A DNA stretch of 64,000 bases, from the NCBI RefSeq assembly GCF_006345805.1, contig NC_042998.1, positions 65,348,001 through 65,412,000 of the forward strand, read 5' to 3'. Shown in pieces: positions 15,060 through 27,810 of this stretch. Made by a program: the position numbers and the translations under genes. This DNA comes from Octopus sinensis. Its lineage: Eukaryota. Under the pieces are notes generated by a model that was given only the letters and a program-made list of their open reading frames with translations, searched no databases and was not told the origin of the DNA. The first letter of the stretch is position 1, and every line of letters begins with the position of its first letter.

Positions 15060-16800
15060 CTGGAAAAAAAAATCATACCGAATTAAAGTTACATTTATAT
15101 GGAGCAGGAATAAGTTCCCACAGGTATGACATTTTGCAATTCAATTATTTTGGAGTTAGCAGGCATTTGGATGTTTGCTCGGCATGATATTACAAGTGTC
15201 CCAAAAACAATGTGTTGTGTTATTTCCTTGAGTTGCCAAATTCTTCTATTTTCAATTTCCTGATATTTATATATTCCCAGTTTGTCAAACGTTGTAAGAG
15301 AAATATTTTTGTCAACTGGGACTGCAAAATCAAATAAAAGCAATTATTTTGAACATGATCTTTTTACGATATCTCCTCGGTCAACCTATTTTCTCGATCA
15401 GTCTGAACACTGAAATTCCAAAGAATGGTATCCTCAGCCTCCTCTACAAATTGTGATGGTGTGTGCCTCTACCTGTTCTTGTGAGAGAGGTTACATGAAT
15501 ACGGGACCTACCAGAGTATTACTGTCTACCTTTGTTAAGACTTTACTAGTTTTCTCTCGCTACCAGCCAATTGCATCAAGAGATTATACGATCGATTGTG
15601 TCTCGACGTTTTCCATATATTTGACACAGTTGACTGCTTTCAAATTTCAGAACAATACTTCTTAGTTGGGAGGTTTTGACTCTGAGTAACAAATATATCC
15701 TCTATTAGATTCTGATTGAAACCGAGAGCAAGTCAGCCATTGATGTGTAAGGTTTTGCTCTATATCGGTGTCCCTTCTCCACAGGACTTGTGCTCCCATT
15801 TCTCCCTAGTATATTGGGGGCTGGTTTGTTTCGTTATATATTTTCTATTGACGTATCAGTTGGGGACATGTTTTCTTCGAGTACTGATTCAACTAGCTGC
15901 ATTTCTCGAATATGTATTAATGCGTTTTCCATCACTAAGTGCAGCAAATGTTCACCTTCTAATTTGAAAACCAGCATTAATAACATCCAATCTTTTAACG
16001 GGCTGCAGATTGTCAGAAAGTTTCGCGGTTACAATTTTCAGTACGTGTGCAGATGTGTGGAGATCTCTGTTTCCATCTTTAATTTCTTGGAATGTATTTC
16101 GATCCTTATCTGCTTTGGGTGATACAATCTCATCAACTTCCAGATTTTGACAATGCTTTTTGGTTCTCAGAGATCAACAAGTTCATAACATTGTGAAGTT
16201 GTATGTGATTATGGATCATAGCGTGTTTATAAAGTTTTGATTCTCGGATTCTACTAGATTTTTCAGAACACAACTTATTGTCTGATAACACTCCTTCTTA
16301 TAATTTCTCTCATTAGTGACTGTTTAATCCTATCTTCACTGTCTCCTAGATACTTAACACTGACCTCAGGTTTTAAATCTTTTATTTCGGAATCTCGTTC
16401 TAGGATGATATCGCATGTTTTTCTATAGTTTTCGTTTGCCTTGGCGCATTTGTCATGCTCAATGTCCATTTTGATGCTATTACTAAATTGTTTGATTGTG
16501 TGAAGAAGTACCTGAACCCGACGATCATTTTTCGCAAACACTTTTAAGTTATTCATACAAAGAATATGATTGATGGTTATTTTCATACACTTTGTATCCG
16601 TAATTTATTTCATTCAGGATTTCTTTCGGGAAAACAGTACTAAACAGTATAACAATGGAGATAATGATTCTCTTTGAAACATTCCACAATTGATAGATTA
16701 CTCCCAAGTTTAGAGTCGTTGTGACCGAGATGAAGATTAATGATGTTTACCAGAGCTTCATGACATGAGATAGAAACCTTTTGAGTGTCAGTCATATCGT
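15060..16800 (-). mobile_element. Old, heavily decayed R4/Dong-like element
   Basis: Fragments MNNLKVFAKND, KYLG, PKADKDR, THQWL, FDFAVPVDKNI, KYQEIEN with many stops and frameshifts. Confidence 0.8.
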
Positions 16801-17062
16801 CCATGGATCCCACTATCCAGCTGTGCTACTGACTTCTTATTGTCTCCCTAGGCCATCGTCGTCATCAATAGCGCCGTCGTATTCATCGGAGTTATCATCA
16901 ACGTCGTTGTTGTCGTCGTCATCATCATCATAATCATCATCATTATCATTAATTTTGCGTTACTAATAATGATGATGATGATGATGATTATCATGATGAT
17001 GATGATGATGATTCGTACAAAAATAAGAAGCCCTGAAATTTTTTTGGAGGGATCTTCTGCAC

Positions 17063-17215
17063 TAGACCAATGTTTCACTGGTACTTAATTTATAGACTCC
17101 GAAATGATGAACAATAAAGTCGAACTCGGGGAAATTAGAACACAGAACGCTGAGACGAGCAAAATACCGCTAAGCATTTCACCCGGTGTGCAAATGATTC
17201 TGCCAGCTCACCGCC

Positions 17216-17218
<3 letters not shown>
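17063..17218 (-). mobile_element. tRNA-derived SINE, family M
   Basis: Minus strand AAGGCGGTGAGCTGGCAGAATC...; homologous to 22983-23200. Confidence 0.8.
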
Positions 17219-17265
<47 letters not shown>

Positions 17266-17266
<1 letters not shown>

Positions 17267-17820
17267 GCCCTGATGCAGTACCAGGCAGTGGCTCTCATGG
17301 CTTCTGGTCTTAATTGATTGGAAGTGTTATCATGTACATTGTTTTGTCTTGGTATAAAAGATGGGCTACAGCAAATATTCAGCTCAATACCACAGATTTG
17401 CTTGTCAGTTGTTTGACCTTAACCAGTTGAGCATGTCCCTTAGTGGCTGACGATATGTGCATCTCTGATCACGAGCAGAAGTAGTGGGGGGGCATCATAG
17501 CCATGTGTTGAGAGGGATTCTTTGGGGTTTGAATAATTCACCTCTGGAAACATTGGTGGTTCTTTCAACATCCTGAAACAACCCTTATTCAGAGACCTTT
17601 TGAGCGGGATGGGCTACTCAACCTGAAGAAAATTCTAACTGGGCCCCACCTGCAAGGTCATGTGCTGTTTATCTTGATATGAGATCACCATGTCGCGCAC
17701 ATATGGTTGTGATGCATGTGCCTAGTGTACCTTTATCAGACGGGTAGTCATGATGGGTATATTGGGCTTCGTATATTTTACCCCAGTGTCACTTTGATGG
17801 CATGCACTGCTCTCTCACTC
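17266..17820 (+). mobile_element. ~550-bp non-coding (AAT)n-embedded element, full copy
   Basis: TGCCCTGATGCAGTACCAGGCAGTGG ... GCATGCACTGCTCTCTCACTC between (AAT)n arrays; homologues at 19011, 22208, 31786 and 2330. Confidence 0.9.
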
Positions 17821-17889
<69 letters not shown>

Positions 17890-17905
17890 AATGATAATAA
17901 TAATG

Positions 17906-18003
<98 letters not shown>

Positions 18004-18040
18004 AAGAGAAGAAGAAGAAGAAGCAGAAGACGAAGAAGTT
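17821..18040. repeat. (AAT)n grading into (AAG)n
   Basis: Direct reading. Confidence 0.95.
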
Positions 18041-18450
18041 GATGAAGATTAGGAGGCCAGACATAGTCTTAATTGAGAAAGAAAACAAACTATGATGGAT
18101 CATAGATATAGCATGCCCAACTGACAACAAGGTATGCGATAAGGAAGAAAGAAAAGTCGAGAGATATGATAGGTTAACTTGGGAGGTTTAGTAGTTGTGG
18201 TCGAGGAAAAACGTAGCAGTAGTACCAATAATTATTGGAGACCTGGCAACAGTGAACAAGAATCTCGAGAAGTACGTGGAACAAATTGGGGCCCCAATAA
18301 GGGCGGATCACTTGCAGAAAACAGCATTGCTTGGAACCGCTCGAATACTCCGGATGGTCCTCGAAAAATAAGGAGTGTTACCTTAGTTCACCGGTAGTGA
18401 AGAGCTGGCGCAGTAATACATATCCAGCGTTAGAAGCTGTGCAAAGGCAA
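18040..18450 (+). mobile_element. R4/Dong-like 3' fragment (subfamily D)
   Basis: RPDIVLIEKE, IDIACP.D, LLGTARILR; 3' UTR ending AGAAGCTGTGCAAAGGCAAT matches 24998-25080. Confidence 0.88.
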
Positions 18451-18459
18451 TGATAATAA

Positions 18460-18950
18460 TGATAAGGATTCGGAGAAATGTTAGATTTTTTGGGACATTC
18501 CTATGTAAAGGGATAAGAAATTAGAAAGTAATAGACCAAATATAACGAATGTTGGTAAGCAAACGCGAAGTTGCTTACTTATCGACACAACAAGACTGTT
18601 TGTTTCTGGAATCCTACAGAAAGAGAAAGTAAGACAAAATTTTAAAAAAGGAATTTTGAAATAAAAATTTTGAAATAGAAGTAATTTAGAGCAAACTAAA
18701 TGTAAACGGTGGAGCGTATAATAATTGGTAGGTTGGGAACGTTAAGCGATGACATAGGAAAGTAGATGAAAGAGATTGAAATAAAGACCCTGGTGGAACT
18801 CCTACAGAAAGTTTTTCTCTTAAGGACAACAAGGAAGATTCTAAGCCCTTGAAGCCCTGCTGAAAGCTTGTGGGTAACTCAGGGTATATGTAGTAACCGA
18901 TTACCTACATAATTCCTCTTTGGAATAAGAACCAACCTGGGCCATGATGA
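18460..18950 (+). mobile_element. Older decayed Dong-like REL fragment
   Basis: FWDIP, SNRPNI, LLIDT remnants. Confidence 0.55.
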
Positions 18951-19010
18951 TAATGATGACGATGATGATGGTGAGGATGATGATGATGATGATGATGATT
19001 ATAATAATAA

Positions 19011-19502
19011 TGTCCTGATGCAATATCAGGCAGTGGCTTTCACGACTTCTGATCTTAGCTGATTAGAAGTGTTATCATGAACATTGCCTTGTCTTGGTAT
19101 AAAAGAAAGGCTACAGCAAATACCACAGATTTGCTTGTCAATTGTTTGATCTTAACCCTTACTGGCTGACGATATGTGCCTCTGTGATCACGTGCACAAG
19201 TAATGGGGGAGATCATAGCCATGTGTTGAGAGGAATTTTTTGGGGGGGTTATAATAATTCACCTTTGGAGATATGGGTGTTTAATTCAACATCCTTAAAC
19301 AGCTTTCATTCAGGGACCTTTTGAGCGGCATGGGCTACTTGACCTGAAGAAAATTCTAAGTGGGCTCCACCTGTCTCGTACATATTGTTGTAATGCATGT
19401 GCCTGGTGTTCCCTTATCAGCCGTGTGTTCATGATGGGTAAACTGGACATTGTATGTATTTTCCCCAGTGTCACCTTGATGGCATGCACTGCTTTCTCAC
19501 CC
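19011..19502 (+). mobile_element. ~550-bp non-coding element, copy with small deletions
   Basis: Colinear with 17266-17820; followed by (AAT)n. Confidence 0.9.
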
Positions 19503-19582
<80 letters not shown>

Positions 19583-19644
19583 TAATAATAATGATAACAA
19601 CAACAACAACAACAACAACAACAATAATAATAATAATAATAATA

Positions 19645-22146
19645 AATCAAACGCACCCAAGATGACTACAAAAATCTACAAGAATAGGTATGGGAAGACA
19701 TCTCAATCGCCAACCTAAGGAGAGCACTAACGAAGGCTCATAAGTAGAAATCCCCTGGTCTTGATAGAGTACCACATTTCTGGCTCTCATCACTCTCGTC
19801 CGCACACAAAATGTTAGTAATACTATTTAATAGTATTATGAAAGACCCGAAAAAACACCCCAATGGATGGAAAATGGTATTACTTACCTCCTCCCCAAAA
19901 ATAACAAAACGAAAGACCCATAAAGTTACCGGCCTATATCATGCTTATCTACCTCCGATAAGATTTTGACATATATTCTAGTAGAGAAAACATATACGTT
20001 TATGGAACAGAATAACTTCTTTACTACTGAACAAAAAGAAGGCAGACGAGGCTCATATGGATGCAAAGATCAGCTCCTAATTAATCGCATGATCCTTCAG
20101 AACTGCCATAACAAGCGCAGAAATCTCCGCCCTTCATGGATTGATTATTAAAAAGCCTTTGACAGCATACCGCATTCGTGGATTCTGAAATCGCTGGACA
20201 TTTTCAAAATTTCTCCTGATTTTTTAAAGTATATGTCACTATGGAACACGAAGCTCCAATTATATCATTCTAATGGAGTATTGCGTTCAAACAACATTAG
20301 CATAAACTGTGGAATTTTCCAAGATGACTCACTTTCACCACTAATTTTCTGTATAGCACTAATACCACCCTCAATTGAACTGAATAGAACAGGATATGGC
20401 TACAAAATTGACAACAGGAAAATAAGCCATCTATTTTATATGGATGATTTAAAGCTATATGGCAAAAATGATGAAGAGCTTGAAGGATTATTATATACCG
20501 TGAAAAGATTCAATGATACCGGGATGGAGTTTGGCCTTGAAAACTGTGCCAAAGTCACTTTTAAGAAAGGGAAATTGGTAAAGTCTAGTTCAATCGAATT
20601 GGATGTCGAAATAGTAATAAAGGAACTTGAGCAGGAACAAACCTATAAATACCTAGCAATAAATGAAGGCTCTGATATCCAGCATGCAAGCATGAAAGAG
20701 AAGGTTAGGAAGGAATGTTATAGAAGAGTTCGAGCAGTCCTGAAGTCTGAGCTAAATGCATATAATAAGGTGTTAGCCATAAATTCTTTAGCAGTACCAG
20801 TTGTCCTTTATAGCTTCAATGTGCATAACTGGAATACCAGTGAAATAATGAAAATTGACAGGAAAATCCGCAAGCTACTGACTTGTAATAAGATGCACCA
20901 TCCAAAGGCAGACGTAGATCGCCTTTACCTTCCCAGAGCTCAGGGAGTTCGAGGTTTGATCCAGCTTGAACTTACATACAAAACCACTACAATCGGATTG
21001 GCCAAATACCTTGAAGCAACCATCGATTGGATGCTAAAACTTGTTGAAAGACATGAAAGACTGAAAAGACTTCATTCTATTCACAAAGAGAGCAAAAAAT
21101 TGGCTGCTGATCTCTTAGATACCCACCAGATTGATCAGGCTGAAGGAAATGCGCCAACTGCAGCTGCAAAGAAAAGAAAATTAATTGCAAAGACAAAAGC
21201 ACATGAAAATTTATCTAGCAGATGGGAACAGAAACCTCTCCATGGCAAGTATGTGGACCGTGCAAACAAGCTGATGTCGACCAGAAACATACGCACCAAT
21301 GGTTACGAAGCTCAAGGCTAAAAGCAGAAAGTGAAGGTTTCATATTAGCTGCCCAAGTCCAAAGCTTATTAACCCGGAACTACCAAGCCAATGTGATAAA
21401 AAATGGAGCTGACTCAAAATGCCGATTCTGTAACGATGAGATTGAAACAATAGACAATAGTGTAGAGTCTTAGCACCTGCAGAATATAAAGCAAGACATG
21501 TCAGAGTCGGCCAGTATTTAAATTGGTCAATATGTCGGTATTATAAAATCAAAACCGCTGACAAATGGTATAAACACCATCCTGAAGCTGTGACTGAGGG
21601 AGAAAATGTGTCGATTCTATGGGACTTCTCCGTACAGACCGACAAGTCTATAAAAGCTAATAAACCGCTATTATTATAAAAGATCAGGCAAAAAACATGT
21701 GTTTATCAATTGACATGAGTATCCCTTGCGATCACAATATAGCGGCGAAAGAATTTGACAAGATTAGTAAATATAAAACCTGCTAACAGAAATTGAAAAA
21801 ATGTGGCATCTCAAGGCGACTACAGTACCAGTGACTGTAGGATCTCTAGAAATGATTTTAAAAAATGCTACTAAAACCTATTTGAAAATGATTCCATGCT
21901 TACCATCCCTACATGAAGTGCAAAAAATCGTATTACCTGGAACGACTCATGTACTGAGAAGAGCATTATCGCTGTGAAAACAACATCCATCCATGAATTT
22001 ATTTATTTATTGATTTTTAAATAAATATTTTATTTGTGAATTTGCGTGTGTAATCGGGGAATGCATACGTTGAGCTTCTCTGCCCTAGGTGTATGGAAAT
22101 CACAGGCTAGAAACGGAAGAAAATTTGAAAAAAGAAGGAAAAAAAC

Positions 22147-22148
<2 letters not shown>
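19645..22148 (+). mobile_element. R4/Dong-like retrotransposon, longest copy (~2.5 kb, 5'-truncated, subfamily B-like)
   Basis: KSPGLD, EQKEGRRGSYGCKDQLLIN, WIDY*KAFDS, GIFQDDSLSPLIF, YMDDLKLY, HPKADVDRLY, CRFC, ILWDF; several stops and frameshifts; (AAT)n on both sides. Confidence 0.95.
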
Positions 22149-22200
<52 letters not shown>

Positions 22201-22207
22201 CAGTAAA

Positions 22208-22462
22208 GCCCTGATGCAGTACAAGGCAGTGGCTCTCATGGCTTCTAATCTCAACTGATTGGAAGTGTTATCATGTCCATTGTTTTGCCTTGGTATAAAA
22301 GATGGTCTACAGCAAATACCACAGATTTTCCTGTCAGATGCTTGACTTTAACCAGTTGAGCATGTTCCTTAGTGGCTGACGATATGTGCATCTCTGATCA
22401 GAAGCAGGAGTAGTGGGGGACCATCAAAGCTATGTGTTGAGAGGGATTCTTTGGGGTTTTAA
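22208..22462 (+). mobile_element. ~550-bp element, 5' half only
   Basis: Matches 17266-17530. Confidence 0.85.
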
Positions 22463-22982
22463 TAATATGAATTCCCCAATTAAATGCAACGAATTTCTAT
22501 AAATGACACCCTATGATAGATATTTTTATAAATTGTACACTCAGGTTAAGATAAGGGTAAAGGGAAAAGGAACATTGTATGTAGAAACTAAGCACTTGGT
22601 CATTTTACAAATATCTTTCTGTAGGCATTATTTTCCTGAAGAATCCATTCTACTTGCTTTGAATGTGTAGGACCAGACAGAGAGAAAAAAATTTAAACCT
22701 GGAGTCACGTATTGTTTTTGGACAACTGTTTCTAATTTAATTGACATACAAATCTCAGATATATCAAGGAAATATTTAAATAATGTAGACTTTAAAACGT
22801 TGGTTCACTAAAATTGACCTAGATATATAGTTATATCTTATTCCTATTAATCCATTCCATTAGTTTAAAAGTAAGCAAATAATTGATTTCTGCAGAAAAT
22901 GAAGTAAAGTAAAAGAAAACAAGCGCTGCCGGCTGCTTACCATGTTACTTAGTTCAGCCTTTCTGTTAATATTTCTTTCAGC

Positions 22983-23340
22983 CAGGGTGGCGGTTTGGCA
23001 GAAATATTTGCACGTCGGGCGAAATGCTTAGCGGTATTTCGTCTCCCGCTATGTTCTGAGTTCAAATTCCGCCGAGGTCGACTTTGCCCTTCATCCTTTC
23101 GTGGTCGATTAAATAAGTACCAGTTATGTACTGGCGTCGATATAATCGACTTAATGCGTTTCTATGTCCTTGTTTGTACTCTCTGTGTTTAACCCCTTGT
23201 GAAAATTCCGCCGAGGTCGACTTTGCCTTTCATCCTTTCGGGGGTCGATAAATTAAATAACACTTGCGTAATGGGGTCGATCTAACCGACTGGACCCTCT
23301 TTCCAAAATTTCGTGCCTTTTGCCTAGTGTAGAAAAGAAA
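22983..23340 (+). mobile_element. Family M SINE followed by a second, head-less copy
   Basis: GAGTTCAAATTCC B box; conserved body GCCTTTCATCCTTTCGGGGTCGAT occurs twice. Confidence 0.85.
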
Positions 23341-23903
23341 AGAATATATCCTTCAGCTGATCCCACATTCCCTTGAATAATTATTTTTGTGAACTATTTT
23401 CACAAAACACATTTGTACTGTAGTGTATTTTAGAGCACATTGTTCTTGAATTTTGGAAAGTAAGAAAACATGAAAACGCCGCACCATAAAAGAGCTCTCA
23501 CTTGGTTCGCTTTTATATGTAAATATGTACTATATTTATTACCTGTCTTGTGGCTATTATAGCTATCGTCTTGTTTACATTTTCTTGTGCTCTATGTAAT
23601 TGCTATTGGTTTATGTATTATTACCATTTTAGCGTTGCTGCAACTTGTTTTCCTTGCAATTCTGCTGGTATTGTTGTAAATGTGCTAAACACTCGGCTAA
23701 TAGAATCGTTAAAAGTTTCACAAGAAATGTTTGTTCTGAGGCTGCACATTCTACCTTCAAATCCAACTGTGTTTAAATTTTCAGTTTATATTACCACGTT
23801 CGCTATATTAAAGTGCCACTCAAGTAATGCGTGCCACAGTATAATCTAAATCTATTCTCATCGAAATTCCTATTATAATGAAAATTGTTATTATTATTAC
23901 TAT

Positions 23904-24345
23904 TAAGGTGGCAAGCTGGCACAATCGTTAGCACGCCGGGCGGAGTGCTTAGCTGTATTTTGACAGTCATTTCATTCTGAGTTCAAATTCCGCCGAGGTC
24001 AACTTTGCATTTCATCCTTTCAGGGTCGACAAATTAAGTGCCAGTTGCGTGCTGGGATTGATCTAATTCACTGGCCTCCTCCCCAAATTTCCGACCTTCT
24101 GCTTTGAGTAGAAAAGATTACCATTAAGGCGGCGAGCTAGGAGATTCGTTAGCACGCCGGCTAAAATGCTTAGCGGAATTTTAACCGTCTTTATGTTCTG
24201 AGTTCAAATTTCGCTGAGGTCTTCTATGCCTTTTATCCTTTCGGGGTCGATAAATTGTGTATCAGTGAAACACTTGTGTCTATATGATCCACAAGTCCTC
24301 TTCCCCAAATTTTCAGGCGTTGAATCTTTATTAGAATAGATTGTT
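23904..24345 (+). mobile_element. Two tandem family M SINEs
   Basis: Heads AAGGTGGCAAGCTGG and AAGGCGGCGAGCTAG; both have the B box and conserved body. Confidence 0.85.
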
Positions 24346-24349
24346 TTGT

Positions 24350-24560
24350 GAGGAAGCAAGGACTAGTAGTTAGGGTGGTACACTTTCGATCACCAGATAG
24401 TTGTTTCAATTCCTAGATCAGTGTGTACGTCATTTTCTTGAGATTAACACCTGATCTCACACTGATCTGTAACCATTTCCACGCTTGTTGCACGGTGTTC
24501 CGTGCACTTATTCAGACAACGTCAATTGAATGGGGGTGGGTGAGTTAATGTACGATTTAA
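24350..24560 (+). mobile_element. Degenerate tRNA-derived SINE
   Basis: Decayed A/B-box-like head (TAGTAGTTAGGG...GTTTCAATTCC). Confidence 0.45.
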
Positions 24561-24639
24561 TTTCACTTGTATAGGTCGATAAGCAAAAGCTGGTCACTCT
24601 TACATCGTCTTCGATGGGAGAGTAAGACACAATCATTTT

Positions 24640-24997
<358 letters not shown>

Positions 24998-26425
24998 TGC
25001 CTTTGCACAGCTTCTGATGCTGGAGATGTATTACAGTGTCAGCTGTTCACTACCAGTGGACTGAGGTAACACATCTTATTTTTCGAGCACCTTCCGCAGC
25101 ATTCGAGCGGTTCCAAGCAGTGCTGTTTTCTGCATGTGCTCCACCATTAAGGCAACCCCTATTTGTTCCATGTACTTCTCGAGCGTTTTGCTGACTATTC
25201 CCAGGGTTCCGAAAATTATTGGTTCTACTGCTACCTTTTTCATCGACCACAACTGCTTAACGTCCCATGCTAACCTGTCAATTCTCTCGACTTTTCTTTC
25301 TACCTTATCGCAGACTTTCTTGTCAGCTGGCATGCTATATCTATGATCCATCATAGTTTGTTTTCTTCCTCAATTAATACTATGTCCAGCTTCCTATTCT
25401 CTATCTCATGGTCGCTCTGAATCATAAAATCCCATAGCATATTTGCATTTCGATTTTCAACGATGCCTTCATGTTTGTGGTCATACCAATTTTTTGCACT
25501 GTCAAGTTCATACCTGTTGCAAATTGTCCAGTGGACTAGCTTGGCTCTATTGGCGTGGAGTATCTTATATTCCTTCTGCGATTGTGGCGTACATTCGCTG
25601 GTAATATGCCATACAGTTTCACTGTTTTGTTCAACGATTTTGCCCTTCTCACTTTCTGCTGTGTTGTCTATTTTATGTAGTTTGTTCTTAGTGCTTGCTC
25701 TTGGGAAGCACATATTAGGGCCTCTGTTTCGGGTTTAAATCACTTTCGTCATCCACAGCCATCGTTTTTCTTTCTTTGCCTTATCTTCAACATCCCTATG
25801 AAATTGACCCTGCATTCTTTTTTTAACCCATCTATTTTCAGTTTCATTCGTTTACAAATTCTTGTATAGTGCTTCTTCTTTGCAGTATTTCATCCTACAC
25901 AAGCCTGACCTTCATACTTCAAATAATATCGGTTCTGTGGCATTTTGTACATACCATGCTATGTTGTTTTTTCTGCTCTAATGCTGTGTTCGTTTCCAAT
26001 AAGTCTTCTTCCCCTTTTTCTTGGTACATAAAGTCTGTCTGTGACACTTTTGGGGTGGAGTGACCCATATCAAGTTAGTAACTTGTTGTTTGGTTGTTTA
26101 GTTCGTCTACTGCCCATGCGAGTACTCCTGCTCCCTATCTAAGGAGTATAACCTCCCAGGTATTGATAGCTTCGATCTTACTCCGTCCATTCAATTTCGA
26201 CATTAGGATCTCAGTCTGCGCAAGTACTCCAGTTTATCAAATTATTTATTTCTGTGCTGTTGTTTGTTCTGATATAGATCAGAATTTCAGTGACAGTTTT
26301 TGTTTCTTGGTTCGATTTCTATCGATCAACATTTTTAAGGTTGCAAATAATGACGCCATCGTTCTCTTGCAGTCTTACCTTTATTCTTTCGTAGATTGCC
26401 TTTTGTTTATCTGTCATGTCACCAT
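24998..26425 (-). mobile_element. R4/Dong-like element (subfamily D), decayed
   Basis: ETVWHITSEC, WYDHK, LWDFMIQSD..IENRKLDIV, LLGTARMLRKVL; (ATT)n on both sides. Confidence 0.9.
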
Positions 26426-26428
26426 TAA

Positions 26429-26513
<85 letters not shown>

Positions 26514-27363
26514 TATTACTATTATATTTTCTTTAGCATTCCAATTAACGTTATCGCTATTAATGCAGACCGTTTGTGCATATTCAAAATCATCAAAATT
26601 ATTTTTAATCATAGTCTCATACAATATCCTATTAGATCACCGTTTAATAACTCTCGTAATTTTTATCATTTGATGTGCGCTTCGTTGTTCAAACTATAAA
26701 ATTTCTGTGTTTCATTTTATATTTTTATATATGGCAGCGTCGGCAGTTGAAGTAATAGCGTTTATTGTAATATCAAACAGCAAAAAGTAACTGCAGCAAA
26801 AATATTAGCATCACTTTTTCTCCTATTTAATACTCTTATATATTTCAAGAACAATCGAGTTATAAAACAGAAAGACTAAGCAGTATAACATTTTATTAAA
26901 ATAATTATATATTATATGAGCCGAACATTATAAATATGACAATATAATAAACATCAATTAAAGTAGATTCAAAACAATGATAGATGCTTTAGTTGCAACA
27001 TTCTAAAGACTAATTAAGAATTTATATCCTTGTATTTCAATTTATCTTATTTTAATATTAGAATCTTCGGTGATGTATTTTTTTATATATTGTTTATTTT
27101 GATTTTGAACAAAAAATCTCTTTTGAGAACTTATGATTATTATTGATTTTCATTTGATAGCGAAACGAAATATAATAAACCGTTCCATTTATTGTCCAAT
27201 GTACTATCAATTTGAAATTTTGGGTTTTGATATTTCCATTTGAGAATAATATATTTCTATAAAATTGCCCATGATCTGAAATATTCAAAAAAGCATTAAT
27301 TCCAGGAGACTTTTGCAACATTCAAAAATAGTAAAATATTGCATACAGGCACAGACACAAATA

Positions 27364-27462
<99 letters not shown>

Positions 27463-27790
27463 CATATACATTAAAAATAAATATATTTGGAGTACAAAAA
27501 TATCAAAAACTATTTTTGCAATAATAATTAATAATGCTGCTATTTATTTTTAATTTTTGGAAGTTTGTTCCTTTTAGTTAATTATTTTTCGTATTATATT
27601 GATTAGACATAACATTTCTTTTTTCTTTCTGTTTTTATTTGAATTACAGCAATACAAGTCGAGTAGCATAAATTTATTGTTTTAGTTATTAATATTGGTA
27701 TAATATCTTTATTGTTATTTCCAATTCGTATTTAAAGTCAACAGAAAATCAATTTCAGCAGCTCTTCTTTTCATTAGATATACTCAGATG

Positions 27791-27810
27791 CTACTTTTCA
27801 TCACAACAAT
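27791..27810 (-). CDS. Candidate terminal exon of an unidentified minus-strand gene (xCCDEK* in phase 1; alternative IVVMKSSI* in phase 0)
   Basis: Strong acceptor TTTATTTCTTTTTTTCCTTTACAG| at 27811-27834; AT-rich downstream region with AATAAA at 26892-26897; no homology recognised. Confidence 0.25.
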
